Of a stretch of 64,000 bases of DNA, positions 53,621 to 64,000 are shown piece after piece. How positions within the stretch are numbered: position 1 is the stretch's first letter; every line of letters starts with the position of its first letter. Origin of the DNA: Camelus ferus. Taxonomy: Eukaryota. The position numbers were made by a program, and so were the translations under genes. A model generated the notes under the pieces. It did not search any database. It worked only from the letters and a program-made list of their open reading frames with translations, and had not been told where the DNA came from. Location of the stretch: contig NC_045697.1 of the NCBI RefSeq assembly GCF_009834535.1, positions 80,416,001-80,480,000 of the forward strand, given 5' to 3'.

Positions 53621-54599
53621 GATGGTGATCATGGGGAGAAGAAAACAGTATCTGGACTCTATATGAAGGCCCTAGTGTCCATTTTCCTTGATTCATTACT
53701 TTTTAATGCTAATTAATGATATATATTGTAAGGTTCTCTGCGAAGAGGTACTTACCTTTATTTACTCACCTATCTTCCACAGTGAGTTATCCAAGTTCTA
53801 CCTACAGTGGCTGCTTAAATTATAAATAAAAATGTGACTTTGTGCTAGCTTGGAAACTGGACTACCTTTCCTTGGATTGGCTTCTTCACCCATCTAACTC
53901 ATAGCCCTTCTCTATTTCTACTTTATTATATCAGCAATTTTTCATACATATTTTAAAAATTAATTCTGTGTCAAAGTTTAAAAATCTTTGACAGTTTGTT
54001 CATTATATTTGGTATATGTGAGCATGTGCACTGATTGCATTTGAACCCATTTGGCTGCAAAGAACATGCAAGCTCTTTGATGGGGGCCAAGGGAAAGGAG
54101 CTACAGTCGTCTGGATAACGCATGGCATATGCAGGTTTGGCTTATTAAATGTTTACTCTTTGGATCATTTTGTCTTTCCTCAAAGCTGATTAAATTTAGA
54201 TATTGAAAGAATAAATATTCTAAATATTTCATTAGCTTCTCACTGTGCAAATGAGGGAAACGAAAAAAGCTATACACTACCCCGCCTGAAGTATAGGTAT
54301 GGCAGTGGTAACTAAGAAAAAGAATTCAGTGAAAATGTACTTTTAAAACATGAACTCATGCACCTCACTCTGTGTACAATGTGACAGTAGATTATTAAAA
54401 CTAACATTTTTATTCTAAATCCCAGTATATGGCTAAAATCAAAAGTCCAATTTCTCTTTCTCTTCCTTTTTGTTCTCTCACACTTGCCATGTGCAGCAAT
54501 ATTGTGGACTAAGAAAGAACACATCAGAGAGGAACTAGCCTGTGTTCTCACCAAAGGATATTCAATCACCCATGAATGGTTTACTAACAGCAACAACAA

Positions 54600-54810
54600 C
54601 CACAGGATAATATTTACTGGGGGTTTTCTGTGAGCAAAGCACAGTGAAGGGTTAAGGAGATAGAAATTTAGTTTTTATAAGAGTTCAATGATATTATCCC
54701 CATTTACACATAAGGAAGCTAAGGGATAGAAAGATTAAGTAACCTCTCCAAGTTCACACAAATTGCAAATTGATTTGAACCTGGGCTCAAATCCAACCCA
54801 CAGGAGCAGC
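54600..54810 (-). mobile_element. MIR SINE
   Basis: attatccccattttacacataaggaagctaaggg..attaagtaacctctccaagttcacaca..gatttgaacctgg. Confidence 0.7.
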
Positions 54811-55087
54811 CTGTCTAGTAGTTGAGATAAAATATGATTATAACAAGACACCACAAAGGGCCCAAGGGGATTTTGCTTAGCAGTGTCCCCATTGCTGGAA
54901 ATACCTCTATCCAGGCCACTTAAGATACAGAATATAATATTGAACAATTCTTTTCTTCTTTCCTCTTTGCAAATATGTGTAAAATAAGGCCATAGAAAAT
55001 AATTAAATGTAAAATATCATACATTTAGTAAATATCTGTGAGATCTATTTGGAAATTAATGACGCCTTCCAGTCAAATCTCAGTGTA

Positions 55088-55335
55088 GAGAGGCAGTATG
55101 GCTTAGTGGTTAAGAGCAGGATCTTAAAAGTCAGTCACCTATCAGCTTGAGCAAATTACTTCACCTTTATGGGCATCTGTTTTTAATCTGCAAAATGGAT
55201 ATAATAACAGTACTTATTTGAAGAATTGCTATATAATTAAATGAGGTGGTGATACTGATAAAATACTCAGTACAGTGCTTGGCACATAATAAATACTCAA
55301 TAAAAAGTAGTTGTTGCTGTTACTGTATTATCATT
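55088..55335 (+). mobile_element. Near full-length MIR SINE
   Basis: gaggcagtatggcttagtggttaagagc..tctgcaaaatggatataataacagtac..cagtgcttggcacataataaatactcaataaa. Confidence 0.82.
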
Positions 55336-56429
55336 ATCACATCTAAGTAAATTATAGAAACACAGAGTCTTGTTTTTCTTAGTGTTTCTCTCCAGGTTTT
55401 CAGAAACCATAGTAGATGCTTTTTTTTCCCCCCAGAATTCCAGAACCAATATGTGGGATATGGTCATCCTAGTGACAGTCTTTTGTTTTCCTGTGGCTCA
55501 TTTCCTTTCCTGGTTAACATCACTTTTCTTTTCTTCCCTTGTGCCACTGACCTATTAGCCTCTCCGTCTTCCTGGGGAAAAGCAATCCAACGATAATGAC
55601 GACAAGTTCTCTCTGCTGCCCATTCTTGCTCCTGCCCAGAGTTCTGCAGCACAGAGTTGGCCACGCTCTCCTACTGGTGGCTTTGAGCTCTCCCTCCTAC
55701 CTCCTCAGATTCCCTGTATTTCACACAGTGATAAGGGGGATGTGCCCATGGGAAAACACATAGAGTGCTGAAGTAAGCTAGAAAAGGGAGAAGTTATTTC
55801 CAGCTGGGAATTGTATCACTTCATGGGGCAATAGATCTAAGCAAAAGTGGAAGAGCATTGTGGAAAGCGGACATAGTAAAAGCAAATGAGCTGCAATACA
55901 TAGCACTCTTATTAGTTCCTTTGGAAAAACCTTTTCCAGTAAGTGGCTACCCTGTTGATTTTGAGTGCTATGACTCTTCTAAAAAAAAAAAATTGAAAAA
56001 TAATCAAGTGTTATTCCATATGGAAAGTGTACAACTAATAGTCTTATCGACTTGGGATAGGTTAAGGGTTGACTCTTGGCAATCTGTTTAATATTAATAA
56101 CTATTACTATTAATTTTAATTAAATAATTAATGTTTCTATGGTAGTAATACCTACAATATAAATAGCATTGCTGTTCCACTTTCGAATCACAAAATGATT
56201 TTATGTAACATCTTGTTCGATCTTTAAGTAATGCCTTGGAAAAGTTAGGTAGCTAAACATGATTTTGACATTTTATAATCAAGAAACAGACAGCTACTGA
56301 TTTAAAAAAAAAAAAAAACCTTGGCTATGAAATGGCATAAATTCAAGTATTTTGATTTTATCCTCATGTTTTATTACTATCTCTTCTGTGACAACTCAAG
56401 AGCCATGGGAATAGCCTAGAGTTTTACCA

Positions 56430-56920
56430 AATTGATTCAACAAATATGTGTGGAACCGTACAGTAATTCAGACACTGTACTAGACATTGGAGCTGAAACA
56501 GTGACCAAGACAGGTAAGTTTCCTATGATCCTTAAGCTTGTGAACTACTTGGGAGAAAGAGCATAAACAAAAAAGAAATTAACATATAGGATTTTTTAAT
56601 AAATCTTGGTAAGTGTTGTCTATGAAAGAAATAAACAGCATGGTAAGATAGTGGGGAACTGGAGGAGGCCATTTATGGTAGGATGATTAGGTGATCTGGA
56701 GACACTGACCTTACAGTTAAAACGTGAGAATATATTTCCATTTAAAAGGCAACTGTACGTGCAGTCCAGGCCAAACTGAAACTGGAAAGGCTTGGATATA
56801 AGGCAAGACTTGTTGTTAGAGAACAGATAGCAAGCTAGTGTGGATGGATTTGTGGAGAGTGAGAGAGGAGTGGTTCAGAGCTGGAGAGGAAACAGGAGCC
56901 ACATTATGGAATAGGCACAG
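56430..56920 (-). mobile_element. L2 3' fragment
   Basis: attcaacaaatatgtg..cagacactgtactagacattggagctgaaacagtgaccaagacag. Confidence 0.7.
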
Positions 56921-57164
56921 TGAGCACATTTTGGAGGGTCAGTCCAGCTCATGAATGCATTCTTAACTGCATCCCAGACTCAGTGCACAAGGATAGGCTC
57001 CTGGCAGCCACACTGGTACATGAGTCCACCTCCCTTACTACAGTTGATCAGACCATTCCTTTATGCAGTAAACCTTTACTGAACATCGGCTATGTGCACT
57101 GTGCAGTAGGTAGTCAAAACACATACAGTGCTGCCCTTGTGGAGTTATGCAGCTCAGTGTGAGT

Positions 57165-57530
57165 GTGTCTGGACCCAAGCACGACCAATTAGAGTTTCTT
57201 ACCTAGGATTTTGGAACTGGGACTGGAGAAGGATTTAGTTTCTATGTGACTGAGCTATAACATGCAAACTGGGAACTGCTGGAAATCAAATTCTGCCACA
57301 TGAATTGGGGAGTCCAGTCTGCACAGAGAGAATGAAGCACACAAAGAGATAATACTCTCATGATTACTAATATGTTTACATTTATAGATTTTAGTCCTTC
57401 TACAGGCTGGGCTGCATTCACTCTCTTGTCCTTTGAGAAGCCCTGTAACACTAGATTACTCATTTTCCTAATATGTTCTGAGTATTTTGTTGTTGTTGTT
57501 GCTTGCAATAAAATAAATTTAATTAATATT
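57165..57530 (+). mobile_element. Old MaLR LTR fragment (MLT1J/K-like)
   Basis: gacccaagc..ccaattagagt..ggattttggaactgg..gagagaatgaagc..ttgcttgcaataaaa. Confidence 0.45.
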
Positions 57531-58884
57531 CTAGACTGGATAACTAGGGCAGCATGGGCTCAGGGGAAGAAACAGGCTTCAGGTTAAGAGTTGAGAGTTG
57601 AGTGAAGATTTATAATCTTAGAAGGTAAAAGAAACCTCTTCATACAGTTCACACAAACTTAGAGCCGTGAGTGGAGGGAAACAATATTCAAAGAAACAGA
57701 AGAAGTACTCCACTGATGGTTAATGTTAACAATGCTGAAGATGATGGGAGGATGCCTTATATTTCTAGATTGGGAATAAATGTAGTGAATATCTGTCAGG
57801 CTCAAAATTATCCCCTTACTTGTACTCAAAAACTCAGTCACAAGGTGGGCAGATTCCATGGAGCAATATTTGAACATAACATCACTCCTACATCCATATT
57901 TGATAGGACTGTTTGCTCATTAAACAGAGAGTTATTGAGTACCCTCTGTAAACAGAGTGGTGAATCAGACATTGTTCTGTTCTCACAGGTCTTATGGTCT
58001 AGATGGAGTGGGCGCTTCATCCAAGGGCCTGTGCTTGTTGTTTCAGTGTAGATTCTCTTTCATCTTTGTGACAATCCTTCAAAGTAAGTATTTTTTTTTC
58101 AAAGTAAGTATTATTATGTTTATTTTCAGAGGCGGAAGTGAACACCTCTTTTCCCCACTAAGACTCAGGGCAGTTAAGTTGTAATGATTGTAAAGCAAAT
58201 AAAGGACAAAGGCAGAATGCAGAGTACAGGTCTGTTCTAATTCTGTGCCCTTCCCATTCACATCATCCAAGTCCCACAAACAGGAAAAGAAACACATAGC
58301 TGTGACCCATGGACCAGAAACCACAACTACCACTGCTGCTGGGAGTAGAAGAACCTTTGCACTGGGTGCCTCCATGAAGCGTGGACTGCCAAAGCCAGCT
58401 CAGCTAACCTCTCCTCATGTGGGGGATTCAAAACCCTAACCATTTCTGTAACTATGTTTGCAAGCAATAGCAAATTAATGAGCCTAGAAATGGCTTCCTC
58501 CTCACTTCTGCCCTCCACATTTTGCTTAAGAACATTTTATTGTCAGCACCTAATTTGCACTCAGAACCGTAACTGCAACAGACTCTGAGTACACGTAGCT
58601 TTCAGGTCTCTAGCCATAAATGATGACATGCCAGCAGGAGGGACACATTCTGAGCAGCCCAGGCCTTCATATTCGTCATTCCATTGCATCATGGTACCTT
58701 TAGTACTGTACGTTTGAACGTTCACTTGGAAATCTGGTACTTCATATTGTTAAGTCTGGACAAGCAGAGATTTGTCTGAGATCTTTGAGGTTTGGAGGTT
58801 TGAGTTACCCTACATTTTTGTCATGTAACTAATTGCCTACAACATTTAAAAGTAAGGTGGGCTTTACAAACAGATACCTATAAG

Positions 58885-59110
58885 CAGAGTGGAGAAATGA
58901 CTGAACTACCTCAGAGTCAGAAATCTGAGGTTTGTGTGTATGTTTTTTCCCTCCAGTCTCCTAATAACTGTGTCACCTACAACAAGATATCTAACCTCTC
59001 TGGGTTTTTTGGTGTTTCTTCCTCTATAACATGAATAATGGTTCTCGTCACTTCCCTGCCTCTAGGGATGTTGTCAGAATTAATGAGACACCAGGGTGAA
59101 AGCTTTCCAC
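58885..59110 (+). mobile_element. MIR SINE
   Basis: ctaataactgtgtcacctacaacaagatatctaacctctctgg..gtttcttcctctataac..ctagggatgttgtcagaattaatgaga. Confidence 0.65.
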
Positions 59111-59839
59111 TTCTTTTTTCCCTCAGAGAATACTGGAATGTAAATAAAGATAATATCTCTATTTTGTGAACACTTTTTCTTTCTTCATGTCTTAATAACG
59201 TTCAGAAAAGATTTTTTGAAGCGGCAGCAATTACCATAGGTGTTACATATAATAAAGGAACTGTATCTGCCAGGAAAAACAAAGTAGGAACCAAAAGCTT
59301 GAGTCAAAGAAAATCTGCTCCTGGCTTACTCTTTAATGGAATCAGTAGGAGGGCTGGGATAATGGCAAGTAAAATATTACTGTACAGAGAGCATATGAAA
59401 GTAGGACGACAAACTACTAATTGAAGCTGCCATCCTGAAAGGAGGAAGAGAAAAGAGATGCTGGCTGCTGACATGCTGACTGAAATGTTCTTAGTCATAC
59501 TGGAGAGAGATTAGAGTTGGAGGTTAAAATGTTTGTGCATTAGGGCTGAACCACTCAAAGCAATGAGAATAGTATCACTGCTCATTATATCCAACTGGAA
59601 GTTAAACTCTAATAAGATAAAAATGTTCTCAGCAATGTCTTTGATTAATTAGCCAATGGATTGTCTGTTAACACAGGCAACACGCACCCTGTCAATTCTG
59701 TCGCTGTCATGGACTACAATCCTCTGGTTTTGACTGATGTAATGATGTCAAAAACACACATCCAAAAAGATTTAGTCTTTCCATCTGCAGATGGTGAATT
59801 TCTAAATAAAGTTACCCTCTGGGATAGAAAGTAGCCACC

Positions 59840-60311
59840 TTCTCTGGTGGGTCATGAGTCCAGGCACTGCTTAGCTGGGTCCTCTATGTAGAGTCTTAGC
59901 ATACCACAATCAAGGTGTCGGCTGAAAGGCGTTCTCCTCTGGAGGTTTGAGTGTTGAAGAGTCTATCTCCCAGTTTACTCAGAATGTTGGCAGATTTCCC
60001 TGTGGCTGTAGGACTGAGAGCCAGGGCTTGACTGTGGGCTGGGGCTTCCCTTAGCTCCTAGAGGCAGTTCTCTTCTAGTGGCAAAGATCTCTGTAGGCGG
60101 TTCTTTGCTATGTGAGTTTTCCAGCGCGGCTCCGTACTTCATCGAGCCAACAAAGGAGCCAAAATAGAGTGACATTCCATCATCTTTGCCATATTCTGTT
60201 GGTTAGCAGTATGTCAAGGCCCTGCCCACACTAAAGAGAGGGACTTAATCAAAGATGGGACCATCAGGAGAAGGGCATCACAGGGGCCACCTTAAAATCT
60301 GTCTGCCTCAA
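59840..60311 (-). mobile_element. MaLR LTR (MLT1E/F-like), partial
   Basis: gggtcatgagtccaggcactgcttagctgggtcctct..caatcaaggtgtcggc..tttgccatattctgttggttag..ggggccaccttaaaatctgtctgcc. Confidence 0.75.
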
Positions 60312-61056
60312 CTGGTTAGGAACAAAACTCTGAGGCTGTTACGATTTTGAAAATTTCCAGGATGACAGAATAAACAAGATACCCAAGTCTAACAAATGCA
60401 GGGGAATTACTAAGTAAGAACAGAGCGCAAGAGGGACAAAAGTTGAGATAACTGTGTAGTCTGAATCTCAGAGGAGCAGAAAGTTTTGTGTTTGATGGGA
60501 GGAGTAAGACAGGAAGCAGTACCAACTACAGAAGGAGAAAGCTTAAATCAGAGCACAGGGAGCTGGGGAGAATTAACGGCTTACCTGAAGAGACTTCAGG
60601 GAAAGTGGTAACTTTGGTTAAAACCAAGGAGTGGAAAGATTACTTTGTGAATAGGCTGATATGTGAAAAATGTTGTTTGCTATGGATGAGTTGGCAGAAA
60701 TTAGAGGAAGCATGAGATAAAGGAGTGCAGTGGAGAGGTGGCTCACCTTGTATTACTTTTACACCTACTTCTGGTCCATTAGCATTTGCCTCTGTTCCTT
60801 TATTTTCAACCTTTTCCTGTTACTTGCTATAGATGTGTCTCTTATAAACAACACATATCTGGATTAAAAAAAAAAACTCCAATCTGAGTCTCTGTTACTT
60901 AACAAAAGAATATAATCCTTAACTACTTTGTGCTTACTATTGTGCTTAGACATTTTCCTCCTTTGTTTTATACTTTCTTTTTCCAATGCTTTCTATATTT
61001 CTTGTCCATCTTGTTTTTTTGTAGGAAAACTTTTTATTTAAATTTCAAAACAAGAA

Positions 61057-61556
61057 TTTTTTTAATATTTTTTATTGAGTATAGTCATTTTACAATGTTG
61101 TGTCAAATTCCAGTGTAGAGCACAATTTTTCAGTTATACATGAACGTACATATATTCATTGTCACATTTTTTTTCACTGTGAGCTACCATAAGATCTTGT
61201 GTATATTTCCCTGTGCTATATAGTATAATCTTGTTTATCTATTCTACATTTTGAAATCCCAGTCTGTCCCTTACCACCCCCCACCCACTTGGCAACTACG
61301 AGTTTGTATTCTATGTCTTGAGTCTGCTTCTGTTTTGTATTTATGTTCTTTTTTTTTTTTTTTTTTTTAGATTCCACATATGAGCAATCTCATATGCTAT
61401 TTTTATTTCTCATTCTGGCTTACTTCACTTAGAATGACATTCTCCAGGGACATTCACGTTGCTGCAAATGGCGTTATGTTGTCAGTTTTTATGGCTGAGT
61501 AGTATTCCATTGTATAAATGTACCACAGCTTCGTTATCCAGTCATCTATTGATGGT
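61057..61556 (-). mobile_element. Young, 5'-truncated lineage-specific L1 (3' end), nested among older L1 fragments
   Basis: ttttttattgagtatagtcattttacaatgttgtgtcaaattccagtgtagagcac..ttagattccacatatgag..ggcttacttcacttagaatga..ttttatggctgagtagtattccattgt. Confidence 0.88.
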
Positions 61557-61619
61557 TTTTGTCCATCTTTTCTATGATTGGTATAGTATTCTTCTCCCCA
61601 TTCTTTATCCGCCACATCC

Positions 61620-61812
61620 TCGCTTCTTCCTTTTTATTGCTGAGTAGTATTCCATGGTATGGATTACCACAGTTTGTGTATCCACTGACCAGCTGAAGGA
61701 CCTCTGAGCTGTTCCCAGCCTTTGGAGCTTGTGAGTAAAACCACTATTCACACTCACATAAAGGCTTTGTGTGAGCATGTTTCTCTTGGGTAAGCATCTA
61801 ACAGTAGAATTG
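61620..61812 (-). mobile_element. Older L1M fragment
   Basis: ttttattgctgagtagtattccatggtatggattaccacagtttgtgtatccact..tctcttgggtaagcatctaacagtagaattg. Confidence 0.7.
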
Positions 61813-62121
61813 AAATCACTGTCCTGTATTTTAATGTGTTCGCACCATTTTGCATCATTTTTTAATATATCAATTTTTCTTTTAGATAGACATTTAAGTT
61901 TACTTCCAGACCCGTTAAATTAGTAACAATCATAATGTATTTGTAAGTTAAGGATATTCGTAAAACATGTAGATTATTCACTCTAGAAATTGTATTTATA
62001 GAATAATGTTTAATAAGGTCCCTTTCATTATGAAAAAGTCATCCATTTATAATTATATAGTGATTAGAGAAAAGATGAGAAAAAGTATGTGAAATTTCCA
62101 CAATGATCTCTAGATAATAAG

Positions 62122-62665
62122 TATTGTAGTTAAGATCCTTTGTTGTTAAGTCACAAAAAACTCAGTTAAATGTGGTGAATATGTTGGCTCTTATAATCCA
62201 CATGGAGTCCATGAGTACACAATGAGTACACAATGGATTCAGGAACAATTTGGTTTAGGACTCACAAAGTGTCTCCAGGTAGCAGTTTCTCCCATCCTTC
62301 TGCTCTGCTAATCATTGTTTTGACTTCATTCTTTATCTCCATATGGGTGTATAATGGTTACAGAATTTCTACATTAGAAAAGAGGGAATGTCTTTGTCTT
62401 AATATTCCCAGCATACGTCCTGAAATTCTCTCTGATTGGACCAATTTAGTGCATGTGCCCATCCCTGATCCAATACCTGCAGATTATGTTGCTTTGATTG
62501 GTTTATGCTTGATTTATTTGTTTCATTCAAGGGTTGAATGGGGAAGGAAACCTACACACACCTATATGGATAGAAAGCCGAGAGGGGTGGGAGATAGAGG
62601 ATGAGTCCCAAAGGAAAATTTGGGTTGTTGATACTATGGAGGAAAACAACCAATGTCCGTACCAT
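62122..62665 (-). mobile_element. Old MaLR LTR (MLT1J/K-like)
   Basis: gttggctcttataa..ggattcagg..ctctgattggaccaatttag..catgtgcccatccctgatccaat..cccaaaggaaaatt. Confidence 0.6.
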
Positions 62666-63012
62666 GTTGTTTATAGAACATCTGTGTGTGTGCATGTGTA
62701 TACACAGTACATGATGTATTTATATATAAATACTATATAATTTATGTGTTATATTCAGTAATATATATATATCATATATAAAATAATTAATGGCTACACT
62801 TATATTTAAATATTATTACCTATACTTATATACATATGTATCATTAAATCTCTACATTATATACAACTATACACACATACAGACAAACAATATTTTACCT
62901 AATTGGCATGTATCACTTTTAAAATAAGAAAAAGTAAACATTAAAAATGTTGTGGGTTTATGCCAGTTATAAAATTCTGGTTTTTGAAGTGACAAAGAAA
63001 AGTGAGTGAAGG

Positions 63013-63190
63013 GCTGCAAATGGCAAAATATCCTTCTTTCTTATGGGTGAATTGATTCCTATTACATATATGTGCTGGATCTTCTTTATCCATTCATTTA
63101 TTGATGTGCACTTAGGATGCTTCCATATTTTGGCAATTATAAATAATGTTACTGTTAATAGCAGGGTGTATGTATCTTTTTGAATTAATT
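63013..63190 (-). mobile_element. L1 fragment
   Basis: gctgcaaatggcaaaat..tctttatccattcatttattgatgtgcacttaggatgcttccatattttggcaattataaataatg..gtatctttttgaatta. Confidence 0.75.
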
Positions 63191-64000
63191 CTTATTTTGT
63201 GGTTGGCTTTATTCCTTTGATAACTCTGTAAATTTAAAAAGCTAAAGCTCTAACTGTTCTTAGAAACAATGAACAGTACATATATGTAAATATAAAAAAT
63301 GTGCAGTATATTGTGTATATGTATTTACATGCAGTAGATTGTATATGCACAGTCAAATTGTAACAATTCTACCTAATAAAACTGAAAAATGAAAAAAAAT
63401 TGTTGTGGCATCAATCAGTATTTTATAATCTTGGCTAAGAATTTATAAATTATAAAAGAGTAGGAATAAACATGTATTTAGATAAAAACTTTGTCTTCAG
63501 GCCTTGACAAATACCAGAAAAGCACGAATTTCTAAAATGAGGTCAATTTTATTTTATGTACCTAAGTAAATGATATGTGAATCTAAACACTTAAATTTAA
63601 TAGTGGCTTAACAATGCTTCAAGCAGGCACACTGAGCATAATTTAGTGCTGTTTTGGAGCTGTTTTCTTGTTTTAATTTTCCCCAGGCTTTTAAGAATGG
63701 AAAATAACAAACTCTAAATGTCAATTATATTTTATAATATTAATTTGAGAGAAAGTATTTTCATTCATCATTTTAAAATCAATTCAATTAAAAGGAAGCA
63801 AATGGAAATTAAACCCACAGTTTCAAGTCATAGCATGGAGGATTTCTGAGGTAGGAAGAGAATCAAGACTGAATTTTGAACCATTCTCAAAAGGTAGTGA
63901 TATTCAATGGAAACAGTGGAGGAGGGAGCAGGAGGAATCCTGATGGCTTGAATTTTGTCCCCTCCTGCTAAGCCTGTGAAATATACCTCTCCCAATAAGA

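Noticed and set aside
57671..58051. 126-aa ORF and neighbouring overlapping ORFs
   Set aside because: GTG start, no motifs, no exon-like splice context, located among old repeat fragments.
1..64000. CRISPR arrays, tRNA/rRNA genes, operon-like or novel multi-gene systems
   Set aside because: None seen. The window is a spliced mammalian gene 5' end plus intergenic repeats; periodic repeats are microsatellites or two- to three-copy duplications.

Overview
This is mammalian (eutherian) genomic DNA, AT-rich, with one large CpG island at about 22.0-23.8 kb. The window holds the 5' end of CAMK2D (Ca2+/calmodulin-dependent protein kinase II delta) on the minus strand: coding exon 1 (22212-22148, [22 protein letters not shown]), a 1,614-bp intron 1, exon 2 (20533-20439, [31 protein letters not shown]) and more than 20 kb of intron 2 running off the left edge. 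The ~40 kb right of the island is upstream intergenic sequence made mostly of old repeats (L2, MIR, L1M, MaLR/MLT1 LTRs, a MER53-like MITE) and microsatellites. None of the ORFs in the supplied track corresponds to a recognisable protein, and both real exons are too short to appear in it. I saw no Alu, B1/B2, BovA/BovB, PRE-1 or Can-SINE elements; together with one young L1 3' end this tentatively suggests a camelid. I found no evidence of a new multi-gene system. The most interesting signals are three small TSD-flanked retro-insertions (an L1 with an apparent 3' transduction, a young polyadenylated insertion of old-looking sequence, and a tail-only micro-insertion), a dense motif cluster at the distal edge of the island, an ATG-free leader with a CTG-initiated poly-Gly uORF candidate, and Ala at CaMKII-delta residue 5. 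Repeat families and boundaries were assigned by eye and are approximate.
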